Below, piece after piece: positions 12,588 through 25,349 of a stretch of 64,000 nt of DNA. Source of the DNA: Octopus vulgaris (Eukaryota); the NCBI GenBank assembly GCA_951406725.2, contig OX597826.1:78740001-78804000 (forward strand), given 5' to 3'. The translations under genes and the position numbers were made by a program. How positions within the stretch are numbered: the first letter of the stretch is position 1; each line of letters opens with the position of its first letter. The notes under the pieces are model-generated. The model was not told the origin of the DNA. It worked only from the letters and a program-made list of their open reading frames with translations, and did not search any database.

Positions 12588-13620
12588 TGTTGTTGTTGTT
12601 GTTGTTGTCGTCGTTGTTGAAAACAAATGACATCACTACAAAGAGTAAAAATATTTTCCTATTTGAAATAACCACTTTGAAAAACGTGAATAGCCATGGC
12701 CGCTGTGCGTCGGTTTTGTACCAATGGCGATCCTTCAATGGCTGGCTTTATGAAATAACTGGCAACACTTGTTAAAAAGCAAAAGCAAAAAAAAAAAAGA
12801 ACCCGTAATGTTATTACAACTCATTGCTTTTTACAGAGAAAGGAGGTCTTGATTGTAAAAGCATTCAGAGTTAAATTGAAACAACTTTTAGATCAAGCTG
12901 TCAAATTGGTTAATTTTATTAAAAGCAGGCCATTAAAGACTCGTTTGTTTGAGGAAATTTCTATTGACATGAATTCGCAGCGCTGACGCTTATATTTACG
13001 CACAGAAGGGCTATGGCTGCCAAACAAGGTGCCCTGCCGTGTCTACGAGCTCTAAACAGAGCTTCTGGCACGTTTTTGTTGGGTTTTTGCTTGGTTTTTT
13101 TTTTCGGTTTTCTGTCATTTTTGTTGTTGTCTTTTAAAAAGAAAGTCAAAAACAACTTTGCTTAAATATCTTCAATGCGAATTTCATGAGCATATTTCAG
13201 CCCCCTTAACACACAAGGTAATCATGGAAATATCCTTAAACCTACAAATTGAGTGGCAGCGTGTCAGTAAAAGATGGTAAATTAGAATAGAAAGGCGAGA
13301 GATGGTAGTATTGATCTTAAATCTTGGCACATGGCCAACAATTTCGACCCCATGCTCAGCTGGTACTTATTTCATTGACCCCAAAAGGATTAAAGGCAAA
13401 GTCAACCTCAGCGGCATTTGAACTCAGAACGTAAAAATGAAGACGGGCGAAATGCTGCTAAGAATTTTGCCCGCCTTGTAGATGGTAATACTGAAATGTT
13501 TCCTTGAGTAAATAAAAATTGTCTAAAGAAACATCTCTTATCATATCTGAGCATTTAATAACTCTAGATAAGAAGCTGAGCTTTTATTTCTATCATTAAA
13601 TGTAAAATAATGACTCTGTT
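11880..13620 (+). pseudogene. Second degenerate hAT (Buster/ZBED5-like) transposase relic
   Basis: Remnants LCLFC (BED-like), NVITTHCFL, LDQAVKLVNFIKSRPLKTRLFEEI...RTEGLWL; split by a (TAG/TTG)n tract (about 12475-12620) and a SINE (about 13310-13475). Confidence 0.8.
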
Positions 13621-13638
13621 TCAAACTCTTTCATGGAA

Positions 13639-14043
13639 GGCGTAGGAGTGGCTTTGTGGTAAGTAGCTCGCTTACCAACCACATGGTTCCGGATTCAGTC
13701 CCACTGAGTGGCACCTTGGGCAAGTGTCTTCTACTATAGCCTCGGGCCAACCAAAGCCTTGTGAGTAGATTTGGTAGACGGAAACTGAAAGAAGTCCGTC
13801 GTATATATGTATATATATGTATGTGTGTGTTTGTGTCTGTGTTTGTCCCCCTAGCATTGCTTGACAACCGATGCTGGTGTGTTTACGTCCCCGTTACTTA
13901 GCGGTTCAGCAAAAGAGTCCGATAGAAGAAGTACTAGGCTTACAAAGAGTAAGTCCCGGGGTCGATTTGTCGACTAAAGGCGGTGCTCCAGCATGGCCAC
14001 AGTCAAATGACTGAAACAAGTAAAAGAGTAAAAGAGTAAAGAG
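13639..14043 (+). mobile_element. tRNA-derived SINE, family B (internal TA/TG microsatellite, GTAAAAGA-type tail)
   Basis: GGCGTAGGAGTGGCTTTGTGG head, GGATTCAGTCCC B box, CCTTGGGCAAG core; tail ggcggtgctccagcatggcc..gactgaaacaagtaaaagag; multiple copies in the window. Confidence 0.9.
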
Positions 14044-14180
14044 TATATCTTTTGGAAATTTTATCTTAACAAGAATTGTTTCCTATGTCCATGGGTCATG
14101 AAATGAAAATTAAAAAAATCAAATATGAGGCTTTTTTTATAACAGAATAGTTTTCAGTATTTAAAACATTTTACCTTTCA

Positions 14181-14568
14181 CCTTTTACTTGTTTCAGTTA
14201 TTAGAGTGGAGCCATGCTGGGTCACCACCGCTTTGAAGAACTTTTGGTCTACAAATTGACCCAAGTACTTCCTGTTTTTTAAAGTCTGGTGCTACTCTAT
14301 AAACTTTTTTTTACCGGACCGCTAATTTACGGGTACCTAAATGTACTAACACCGGCTGTCAAGCGGTGCGTGAGGACAAATACAGACACAATGACATGCA
14401 CACATATATACATATATAAGACGGGATTCTTTCATATTCCGTCTGCTAAATTGCACTCACAAGTGCCCGAGGCTGTTGTAGAAAAGACTTGTCCAAGGTG
14501 CCACGTAGTGGAAGTGAAACCAGAACCATGTGGTTGGGAAACAAACTTCTTACCACATAGCCATGCCT
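14181..14568 (-). mobile_element. SINE family B, diverged copy
   Basis: Reverse-complement homology to 13639-14043 from tail to head. Confidence 0.8.
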
Positions 14569-14606
14569 AGCACCAAAGTTTTGTGGGATATTATTTTCTT
14601 CTCTGA

Positions 14607-14895
14607 AAGGTGGTGAGCTGGCAGAAACGTTAGCACGCCGGGCGAAATGCTTAGCGGCATTTCGGTTGTCTTTACGTTCTGAGTTCAAATTCCACCGAGG
14701 TCGACTTTGCCTTTCATTCTTTCGGGGCCGATAAATAAATACCAGTTACGTACTGGGGTCGATTTAATTGACTGGCCCCTTTCCAAAAATTTCTGGCCTT
14801 GTGCCTAGAGTAGAAAAGAATGCTTTGCGATATTTTGTCTGTCTTTACGTTTTGAGTTCAAATTCCACCGAGTTTGACTTTGCCTTTCATCCTTT
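14607..14895 (+). mobile_element. tRNA-derived SINE, family C (Nin/Deu-like core), with partial second unit
   Basis: AAGGTGGTGAGCTGGCAGAA head, GAGTTCAAATTCC B box, core GCCTTTCATCCTTTCGGGGTCGATAAA..GTACCAG resembling the Nin/Deu domain. Confidence 0.85.
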
Positions 14896-15840
14896 CTTCT
14901 CTGAGCAACACTAAATACAATAATAAAGAATTTACAACTGAGAAAGAAGGAAGAATCCGTTTGTATTTATGTCCCAAACACTGAGAAACAACAAGGCTGC
15001 TTATCGCAGAAGCAGAATTAACCCTTTGAATGCGGAAAGCAGGTATGCTCGCTCAAACTGTTATCCCTGTTATCTGTGGAAAGCGGTTATACCACCAACA
15101 GCTTTGAAAAAAAGCCTCTCCTTTCGCTACAAGAGATATTCGACTAAAACTCTTTCCAAGAGGTTTTCTTAATTTTTTTCATTTATCTAATTAAATACCT
15201 CTTTACAGAACAAGAATCAACTACCTTTAGTATCTACAGGTAATGCTAAAAATTTATCGCAGAAGCAGAAATTGTCAATTCTAGTTTTTGGTGGACAATT
15301 TAACATCATTACGGGAATGACAGTGAAATTCAATTACGGAGTCAAAGGGTTAATAAAGCCAAATTAGCAATTACTTTTTTCCTGTTTTTCGAAGATTTTC
15401 ATTAAAATTAATTGCTTTGTTTGGTTTGGTTTCTTGTTTTTAACTTTCGGCGGGAAATCAGTAGTTTGTTATTTCATCCTCAGTCCGCCACGAAGACAAA
15501 TAGAATGAGAACCTCTGTGATAAACAGAAGAGTTAAGAGAGGAGGCGGAGAGAAGGAGAGGACACTCTGTAGAGGCTTAAAAGAGTATTAATTAAAGACA
15601 AATATCATTGGGAAATATTACTATTTCGCTTTCTTCTAATATCCACAGCGTTAAGTATATTAACACTGACTTAACTATTAGTTATCCACCGGAAAGAAAA
15701 ACACAAGAGATATAATTTCAAATAAGCTATGTAAAACTCTGTTGAGAAATTATATACATATATATATATATATATACAAAATGAGAAAATGGAGAAACAT
15801 ACCTAAATCAATCATCAACCATCAGATATATATATATATA

Positions 15841-16092
15841 TACCGGAATAAACACACAAATGTGAAACAAGGTGGAAAAAAGAGTACTCAAATACCAGTG
15901 GTAGAGTAATATGCTTTTTTTAAAGCAGCAGAAAATTCAACAAAACCTGTTACTCTGAGTTTCCCGTCGCCGTTCGTCGGACAGTTTTTGCTAGAATTTT
16001 GTAGATTCTAGCACAAAACTGTCCGACGAACGGCAACGGGAAACTCAGAGTAACAGGTTTTGTTGAATTTTCTGCTGCTTTAAATAAAGTAT
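15841..16092. mobile_element. Repeat family E3: inverted (foldback) pair, each arm with a hammerhead-like motif
   Basis: About 15911-15996 is the reverse complement of about 16004-16092; plus-arm motif at 16019-16056 reads CUGU-CCGACGA-A-CG(GCAA)CG-G-GAAAC-UCAGA-GUA-ACAG; the tail also occurs at 19494-19553. Confidence 0.75.
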
Positions 16093-16206
16093 ATATATAT
16101 ATATATATATGTGTGTGTATATATGTATATATATATATGTGTGTGTATGTGTGTATGTGTGTGTGTGTGTATGTATGTATGTATATATATATACGTACCA
16201 GAGTAA

Positions 16207-16248
<42 letters not shown>

Positions 16249-16841
16249 AAGGAGCAAAAATACTGGTATATATTTATGTATAAGTGCATATAAGTATGTA
16301 TCATGTACAAGATAAAGAGCATATTTCGCAGCCGAGATGATGTAAAATCTTGAAAAGTTGCTGGTGTGCAAATCGCATCTAGTCTGGTGCTTATTGTATT
16401 ATATAACTTCAAATAGATATTGCGTTGACACTAACAATCCATCACATAATACAGCTTTAATAGATCGGCTCCCTCGTAATTCAAAAATATGGTCTACGCA
16501 GAAAGCAGTCATTGGAAGAAACATAAATAATACTAATAAATACTAACAGACATCACTCAAGCCGTATATTCAGGAGAAGAGTTTTAATACATATCTTATT
16601 ACATGATATAAAGAAACCTTAATCAATATATTCCTACAGGATATAAAGCATCAATGCGTCTATATTCATAAGAATACGATTCATGCGACTGTTAGCTACA
16701 TCAACCGATAGTAAAATCCACGACTGACTTACGACGTTCGCTGTTGTAAAGGAATTGTGTTTTTATGCAAGAGTAACATGTTAGCAAATAATTATGCATG
16801 AAATACTAACCGCTTCCATTACCCTGGAAATCTTTTGAATA

Positions 16842-17055
16842 TCGGTTTCAGATTTTGGCACAAGGCCAGCAGTTTCGGGGGAAGGGGTAAGTCGATTGCA
16901 TTGAACTCGGTGCTCGAATGGTACTTATTTTATTGATCTCGAGAGGATGAAAGGCAAAGTCGGAAAACGGCGGAATTGCGGCTTGGAATGTAAAGACGGG
17001 TTAAATGCGACCAAGCATTTTGCCCGGCCTGCTAACGCTTCTGCCAGCTCGCAGC
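16842..17055 (-). mobile_element. SINE family C
   Basis: Reverse-complement homology to the family C head and core. Confidence 0.8.
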
Positions 17056-17076
17056 CTTTGTGGGGGATTAAATTTG

Positions 17077-17158
<82 letters not shown>

Positions 17159-17509
17159 TATATGTAGAAAAATACAAACTGGGACAAGAACGTAAAACAT
17201 TTAGAAGACGATACAAAAAACACGGACGGGACATTCGAACCCTTCAATCTTCAGTCAAGAACCGGATCATCCTAGCAATTTCGGCTGATTAATCTTGAGA
17301 TCGCTCCGATCCGGCCAGCCCCAAGGAAAAACTAAGCTACGAGCATTAGATTTCTTGGTAAAAAGGATCGAATGTGTACGAAACAGGGACAGAAAAACGG
17401 ACGATGCCACACGAATATAAAATACAAAAAACAAGTAATAGTAAAAACAGGACAAAAACAGCGGGTGTCTTACGACTTATAGACAGTACAACTTAGTTTA
17501 GCTGGCGTA

Positions 17510-17970
17510 TTTTGAATGCTTCAAGCATATTTAAACATGTAATAAGCTTGTCTTTCACAACAGAATTGACCGCCTCGATGCCTATAATGTCGGACACCAT
17601 TTCTGTGACGTTGTCTGGCATAGGCCAATACGGCTCTCCTACATCACATTTTGAACTGGTTGCCCTTCCGAAAATGAGACCGAAACCGGCTTTTCTGGAG
17701 GAAACTTTCGCTAAATAACGAAGTCAGACATTAATAGGTCCTCAATTGATCTAAATTGACCAAAACCCCAATAAAACTAGCTTCGATAGAAACACCCTCA
17801 TATTTTGAATTGCATGATGTGTAGGTTGTCAAGAAGAGAGCTTTTCAGAATCGCACATCTCTTTGCGTTCGTAGACATTCTTACCGACCACAAGTGCCAA
17901 TCTTTTTGCTGCGCCTTGGACAAAATCATAAACTCAGCATTCAGCAGAAATAATAATGAGAAAATGTTTC
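17510..17970 (-). pseudogene. Degenerate L1/Tx1-like RT fragment
   Basis: Minus-strand remnants LLNAEFMILSKA..KRLALVVG..RCAILKSSLLDNLHIM, same family as 9480-9910. Confidence 0.6.
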
Positions 17971-18559
17971 TAATTTTGTATAATGTGAGTTATAAACAGC
18001 GTGAATACGAAGAATAAAAGGGAAAAAAAACAATATTTATAAGCAATAAAGCCAGAAAGACAAACAAAGCAACGACGACAACAACAACAATATCAACATT
18101 AACATAAACGTTTGGTTGGTTGCTACCTGAGGAAATTATGCCTGAAGACAGAAGGAAGCATAAATCTTCTTCTTCCGATTGTTGCCGTTTAATGGTCCAG
18201 AAATAACATGACAAAAATTAGCCCACGTTGTCTTTTCCTATTTCTTTCTCTGCGTGCGTTCATTATTTCTTTCAGTGAATGTATCTATGCGTGTGTGTGT
18301 GCGTGTGTGTGTGCGCGTGTGTGTGCGTGTGTGAGTGTGTGTGTGTGTGAGTGTGTGTGTGTGTGTGTGCGTGTGTGCGTATTTGTGTTATTTTTATGTT
18401 CTTATTATATTTTTTATTTCATTTCACCCCGTAAAACAGTTACCTTGAAAGTGCGTGGTGACGGTGAAGTGGAGAGGGTAGCAAGGTAAGGGATGGGGGT
18501 GTACTGTGGGGGGGGTTCTAATGGCGGATGACGTTGCTGTAGCTGTTCTTGTTTTTGTT

Positions 18560-19000
18560 TCGGTGGTGGTGGAGGCGGAGGCGGTGGCGGCGGCGGCGGC
18601 AGTGACGGTGTGGTGGTGGTGGTGGTGGTGTTGGCGGTTGTGGTGGTGGTGCTGGTGGTGCTGGTGGTGGTGGTGGTGGCGGCGGTGGTGGTGGTGGTGG
18701 TGACGGCGGCGGCGGCGGCGGCAGCAGCGGTGTGGTGGTGGTAGTAGTGGTGGGGGTGGGGTGGGGGATTGGTGGGGTGGGGTGGGGTGGGGGAGTGGTG
18801 GGGTGGGGTGGGGGAGTGGTGGGGCTGATGGTGGGGTTGAATGTGGTGGGGGGTTATGTTGGTGGGGGTAATGGAGGTGGTGGTGGTGGTGGTAATGGTC
18901 GTGTTGGTGGTGGTAAAGGTAGCGGAGGGATGGCATTAGGAGTGATGGCGACGGTGGTAGCGGCTATAGTGGGCGGGTGGCGGTGGAGGCGGGCGGTTGG
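18560..19000. repeat. G-rich (GGT/GGC)n and (GGGGT)n tract
   Basis: Dense GGT/GGC triplets and many G4-G5 runs at about 18750-18855. Confidence 0.9.
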
Positions 19001-19439
19001 CATTTACAGTAATGGTGGTGATGAATGATAGAATTTTCTACGAGAATACTTTACTCCACCTGGCGGGTATCAAGAGAAGCCCGGACTTACAAAAAGCAAA
19101 TTCAATATGAACATCATCATCATCATCATCATCATTGTTCATTATTTGTTGTTTTGTTTTCTCGTTTTCTTTTGTTTTTGTGAATCCCTTCCTCCCCCTT
19201 CTCTCCTCCCACCCTTATTGTTGAAGATATCTCTAGTAAGATCTACATTGCAGTACTACTTACATACAATCGCGTACACACGCACGTATATACACATATA
19301 GGTACATATATATGCATACACATATATATATAATGCCTTTATATATGTACATATATATACATATATAAATATATACATATATTTTTTTCTAGTTTCAGCT
19401 CAGAGCTGCGGCCATGCTGATGCACCGCCGTATATATAA

Positions 19440-19496
<57 letters not shown>

Positions 19497-19593
19497 ATGG
19501 TATTTGAGTACTCTTTTTTCCACCTTGTTTCACATTTATGTGTTTACTCCGGTATATATATATATATACATATGTATATATATATGTGTGTGT

Positions 19594-19702
<109 letters not shown>

Positions 19703-19877
19703 CGCTAGCCACTACACATTCTTTATTTTATCTCCTTGTTTCTTTCTGTGTTCCTTTCTGTGGAAGAGCGTAGGCTCGAAACGTTAAAGACTTTTTCAAT
19801 TCCTGAGTGTTAAACTAATACATCTGTTTGTTGTCTACTACACCTATCTTCGTCTTTTGTTATTTTGTGAATTCTCC

Positions 19878-19880
<3 letters not shown>
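19703..19880 (+). mobile_element. Repeat family E2 with minimal hammerhead-like motif
   Basis: Homologous to 29510-29679; motif at 19754-19789 reads CUUU-CUGUGGA-A-GAGC(GUAG)GCUC-GAAAC-GUU-AAAG; lies between (GATA)n and (TA)n. Confidence 0.7.
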
Positions 19881-19948
<68 letters not shown>

Positions 19949-19978
19949 CATACATACATACATACATACATACATACA

Positions 19979-20009
<31 letters not shown>

Positions 20010-20010
<1 letters not shown>

Positions 20011-20207
20011 CCTCGTGTGTACCGTTGGGGATTTTTTTTCCTCTGTCTTCCCTTCTCTGGGTCTTTGCTTCTCCTATGTTTCCGACGAAGAGCTCCGCTC
20101 GAAATGTTAAACCTTCCTTCTTTCCTTCTTTCCTGAGCGTCCAATAATACTATATTTGTTCCACGTCCTCGCGTTGTTGTGTTTTTTGTGCTTTCTTGTT
20201 TGGATTA

Positions 20208-20212
<5 letters not shown>
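20010..20212 (+). mobile_element. Repeat family E1, second copy
   Basis: Near-identical to 11260-11443; motif at 20078-20112 (GAAAU variant). Confidence 0.75.
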
Positions 20213-20283
<71 letters not shown>

Positions 20284-20292
20284 CATGCACAT

Positions 20293-20411
20293 ACAGGAGT
20301 GGCTGTGTGGTAGAATAAGTCCTGAGGTTGATTTGCTCGACTAAAGACTGTGCTCCAGCATGGCCACAGCCACATGACTGAAACAAGTAAAAGAGTAAAG
20401 AGTAAAAGAGA
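20293..20411 (+). mobile_element. Internally deleted SINE family B
   Basis: Head caggagtggctgtgtggta is joined directly to the 3' segment gaataagtcctg...gtaaaagag. Confidence 0.8.
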
Positions 20412-20647
20412 GTACCCGTGACTGTCCACTTCTCTTCAGACAATAAGCCAATCGCTGTCCCTAATGGCATGTCCGTTTTGAGAAATCTTGGTCCTTGAGA
20501 TTATTTTCCCTTCTCTACAAGGAACTGATCTCAATTGCCATTTAGTAATTGTGACACCACAGCCTCAAGAGGAAGAGATAATTTCAATAAATCAAGAATT
20601 TATGCTGTATGGTATTTGATAGACCTGTATTTGCCTACCATTTATGT

Positions 20648-20906
20648 TTTATCTTTTATTTCTTTCACTCATTAGACTACGGCCATGCTGGAGCACCGCC
20701 TTGATGAAATGTTTTTGACAAATGAATCGAGCCCAGCACTCACTTTTTTTATTCCTGGTACTTACTCTATCGGTCTTTTATGTTGAACCGCTAAGTTACA
20801 GGTACATGAACACACCAACGCAGGTTGTCAAACAAGAGTGGTGCATAAACATACGTACGTGCGCGCGCGCATGCACACACACCGCACGCGCACACACACA
20901 CATATA

Positions 20907-20951
<45 letters not shown>

Positions 20952-20974
20952 ATATATATATGTATGTATGTATG

Positions 20975-21023
<49 letters not shown>

Positions 21024-21108
21024 ATTTTACATACCCAACAAACATTGAGCCAGTGGACATGATTTACTGGCAAACTACCGGGTGTCTACCATAAGATTTA
21101 TTAATTGT

Positions 21109-21193
<85 letters not shown>

Positions 21194-21362
21194 TTATACA
21201 GGCTTCTTTCAGTTTCCGTCTACCAGATCCAATTCATAAGGTTTTGGGTGGCCCGAGGCTATAATAGAAGACAGTCGTCCAAAGTGCTCTGCGCAGTGGG
21301 ATTGAATCCGGAGCCATGTGGATAGGAAGCAGGCTTCTTACCACATATCCACGCCTGCGTCC
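20648..21362 (-). mobile_element. SINE family B with greatly expanded internal microsatellite
   Basis: Tail at 20648-20840 and head at 21198-21362, separated by (TA)/(CA) tracts. Confidence 0.7.
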
Positions 21363-21942
21363 ATATAAAACCCAAGTATATATATATTTTATTTCCTTTT
21401 CCGGCCTCTGTGTGCGTCTGCGTTAAAAGCCATAGTTTAGGCTTTTCTAACGTTCTTTGGTGTTGGTGGCAAGAAGGGCGATGGTGCAGTCTGTAGGAGC
21501 CATATTTTATGCTTCTTGTTTTGGAGCCAGGAGACAGATGATTCCAAATGATTGATGTAGACTTGCAGAAAATTATACAGCAGCGTTTGGAGAACGTTGG
21601 AAGGAAATTAACGTAATGACATCTGCATATGTGACTGCATGTCTGCTTTGTGCATTTGTGAAGAAGGTCGTGTCGGTTTGGGTTAAAAAGGAGTGGATGA
21701 GAGGCGGCTCCTTGCAGTACGTTCATTCAGGAAATTGCAAATTCTAGATCTGTTGTTTTTGTGTTGTATATAAGCTTGGCGACCCGAGAGATGGTTTGCT
21801 TGCCAGCGTTTCTCTGTTGTCTCTTAAGGAGGTGTTTGAATATTTTGTGTATAAGTTGCGGATATCACATGCAGGAACTTGTGATATGAAAATAACACTC
21901 ACACAGCGATATTTACTCTCTTTCTCTCTACCCCAATCTCTC

Positions 21943-21979
<37 letters not shown>

Positions 21980-22676
21980 TTCTTTCACATAGATGTGCAC
22001 ACACTTACACACACACATACACATACACCATACACACACTCGTAGTTCCTGCTGTGTGTAATTATACAGGTGATATATAAATATGTGTGTGCACGTATGT
22101 ATGTGCATATATGTAAGTAAATACACACACACACATATATATGCATTTATATATATATATGTATATATATTATATGAATGATGTATGCATAAATTATATA
22201 TATATATACACACATATATATATACACATGTATGTATGTATAGATACTACGCACACACACTCGCCTATATAAACTTCTATAGATATCCATGTGCACACAA
22301 ATAAACATATACAATTCCAAAGTGTATGCGTATGTACGTGTGTGTGTATGTGTGTGTGTGAGAGCGTGTGTGTGTGTTCACGTGTGTAGATGCGGGTGTG
22401 CAAGCCACTATGTCTGTAAACGCGCAAGAGAGCGAGCGTAGTTACATGTGTATACCCAGCTGAGGGTATTCGTATACGGGTAAGAATTCTTGTTTGTGTA
22501 TGTGATTGTGTGTGTTTGTGTGTGTGTGTGAGTGTATGTAAGTACGTATCAGAGAGAGAGAGAGAGTATGTGGTATGTGTTAAAGCTTTACTTTGTTCCT
22601 AACTTCAGAGAATACTGTGACAAGATAACCTTTGGCCCAGATGTTGTTCCAAGAAATCAGGAACTGACCGGATATT

Positions 22677-22754
<78 letters not shown>

Positions 22755-22904
22755 GGTTAGAAACGGGTAAGTGAGAGAGAAACGGTTAGAATAAGAGGCA
22801 ACACTGTGAGAGACCGAGCAGAAAAAGGAAGGGTAGAAACAGGCATCTTTATTTAAGGACTATATCCGTCTCTTTCATTTGGAGTTGTTTCTAGACTATA
22901 AGAC

Positions 22905-22938
<34 letters not shown>

Positions 22939-23096
22939 CATAGACGCACGCACAGATAAGTGCATACACACACACACACACACATACATAAACGGACAAA
23001 CACATAGAACATGTATTTGTGTGTTCGTGTCTATCTCACTCTTTTTCATATATACATACCCACTTATGTTTACATATACAAACACACACACACATA

Positions 23097-23150
<54 letters not shown>

Positions 23151-23207
23151 CTTACACACTTTCACATACAAAGACACACACACATACACTCTCTCTCTCT
23201 CTCTCTA

Positions 23208-23253
<46 letters not shown>

Positions 23254-23739
23254 CAGACATACGTTTGTGTGTATATGTGTGTATAATCGTGTGTGCGTTT
23301 GCATATAAATGTGTGTGTATGCTGTATGTATATGCATATTGTAAATACATGCATGCATGAATGTATGTATGTATGTACCTACTTATGCACGCGTGTATAT
23401 ACATATAAATGTTGATCGGGTGAAGAGGTCATATATTCAGAATTTAGCGAGAAGATATAATATTTGTAATAAGATGGCGGCGAAGAAGCGCGGAGACAAC
23501 GGAACAGTGTATGGATAGCAGTGGTGGTGGGGAGGGGTATTGCGTTTCCCCTCTCACTTGGTCCAGAGTTCAATTATGACCTGAACCGATTTCACATTGC
23601 AGTCGTCTAGGAAACGGACCGGCATCTCTACCTTCTTGAAATAGCAGTTATGTCCTACTCAAATCACGCGCTTGATCCGGAAGAAATGAACGATCCATTA
23701 GGACAATGTAGTTCTGGGTAAAGAAAAAAAACTGTTTTA

Positions 23740-24285
23740 AAATTTGAGATTACATAGACTGTATTTTACGTAGGATATGGGCAGTTCCCATGAGAACTAT
23801 CTTTTGAATTTCTGCCATTTTGGGGTTTCCCAGTATCTGAGCTAGGTAGGAATCAGCCCCTTTTGCTATCATTCTTAGGGCACCTATGACAACAGGTATT
23901 GTTTTAGTCATGAGGTTCCACATTTTGCTAATTTATGCTTCAAGATCTTTATACTTGATCAGTTTTTGGTAGATCTTGACAGATACATTTATATCGATTG
24001 GGACAGTCATATCAATGAGGAGGCATGATTTTTGTCTGAAGTTTTTCAATATAATGTCTGGCCTATTTGCATCTATCTTCCTGTCAGTTTGAATGGTGAA
24101 GTTCCAGAGCAGTGAGATGTGATCATTTTCAAGCACTGGTTTGTGTTCCTACCAGTTTTTATCATGGGGCAGGTGTAGGGTTTTTGCAAATTACCCAGTT
24201 AATAGATTGTGCTGCTCTATCAGGCCTGTTGAGATACTCTGTTGGTGCAAGAAGACTTCACATGGAGACATGATCAATGGTTTCA
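23740..24285 (-). mobile_element. R4/Dong-clade non-LTR retrotransposon 3' fragment (older subfamily)
   Basis: LLWNFTIQTDRKIDANRPDIIL..LLIDMTVP..KYKDL (restriction-like endonuclease PD..D motif), ending LMGTAHILRK. Confidence 0.85.
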
Positions 24286-24295
24286 TTATTATTAG

Positions 24296-24575
24296 TTAGT
24301 AGTTTTATTTTTATAGCGTGCGTTCACTTCACTACCGAGCGCAGCTCTGTGTGCCTTGGGTATGTGCTGTGATTTGTTGTGATGCTCTGATGGTTACTGT
24401 ATTGAAAGTGTTTTGCATAGGATGTGGGCAGTGCCCAGTAGTGCAATTTTCTGTATGTTATATGCGTTTGTAAGTCCTGGTGTTTTTGTTATGTATTTCT
24501 CTGAATATTTTTTATCATACTTGATGCGCCTACTATGATAGGAATTGTTTCTGTTTTTAGATTCCACATTCGTTT
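24296..24575 (-). mobile_element. R4/Dong-clade 3' end (same subfamily as 52744-53580)
   Basis: NIQKIALLGTAHIL.KTLSIQ* plus a 3' UTR near-identical to 53480-53580, followed by a short TAA repeat. Confidence 0.9.
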
Positions 24576-24809
24576 CACATAAAGGCGACACGGAGGGTGA
24601 TGGTCATCTTTCTGAAGAATCTAAAGGTACCTGCAAGAATCGTATCCTCCTTTGTGAGGCAAGCAGTCCTATCTGGGTATAATATTGCTTCTCCTTTATC
24701 AGAGGCAGGATGAGAAAAGGAACCTTAAAAATAGTGTTACCTTCAACAAGCTTGGCATTAACTGCAGATGCCTAGCTTTCCAGATTGTTGCGGTCAACAT
24801 GAATATAGA

Positions 24810-25225
24810 AGAATGAGGGGAACATGCTAAGCTTTGGTTGTTGGAATGTAAGAACTTTACAAGACGGCAAAGACAGTCTAGAAAGAAAAACAGCATTAAC
24901 AGCAAACGTAATCGGCTCATATAATACTGAGGCGAGCGAGCTGGCAGAAACGTTAGCACGCCGGGTGAAATGCTTAGCCGTATTTCGTCTGCCGTTACGT
25001 TCTGAGTTCAAATTCCGCCGAGGTAGACTTTACCTTTCATCCTTTCGGGGTCGATAAATTAAGTACCAGTTACGCACTGGGGCCGATGTAATCGACTTAA
25101 TCCGTTTGTCTGTCCTTGTTTGTCCTCTCTGTGTTTAGCCCCTTGTGGGTAGTAAAGAAATAGGCTCATATAATACTGATATTCTTGCTCTAAGTGGAAC
25201 CAGGCCTGCGGACGTTGGTGAATTA
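24810..25225 (+). pseudogene. RTE-clade LINE AP-endonuclease N-terminal fragment, split by a SINE
   Basis: After removing the SINE and one TSD copy it reads LSFGCWNVRTLQDGKDSLERKTALTANVIGSYNTDILALSGTRPADVGELQVGSGYT (cf. RTE WNVRTL..ERRTAL..YNIDIAALSETR). Confidence 0.8.
24931..25162 (+). mobile_element. SINE family C with 17-bp target-site duplication
   Basis: TSD ggctcatataatactga at 24914-24930 and 25163-25179. Confidence 0.95.
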
Positions 25226-25297
25226 CAAGTTGGAAGTGGTTATACATCATCATCGTCGTCGTCGTCATCATCATCATCATCATCACCATCATCATCA

Positions 25298-25349
<52 letters not shown>

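Noticed and set aside
17165-17470. Repeat shared with about 41670-41800 containing CUGA(A/U)GA and GAAA boxes on the minus strand
   Set aside because: It is a real dispersed repeat, but I could not fold consistent stems I-III in either copy, so it is not called a hammerhead
21450-21880. Possible CR1/Jockey 3' relic (similar hints at 26560-26780, 27500-28500 and 44450-45070)
   Set aside because: Only faint motif resemblance by eye; cannot be supported without a profile search
23470-23582. YY1-like AAGATGGCGG and nuclear-receptor half-sites (YY1-like motif also at about 50293)
   Set aside because: Short motifs expected by chance in 64 kb; the ATG opens only a 14-codon frame and no gene is adjacent
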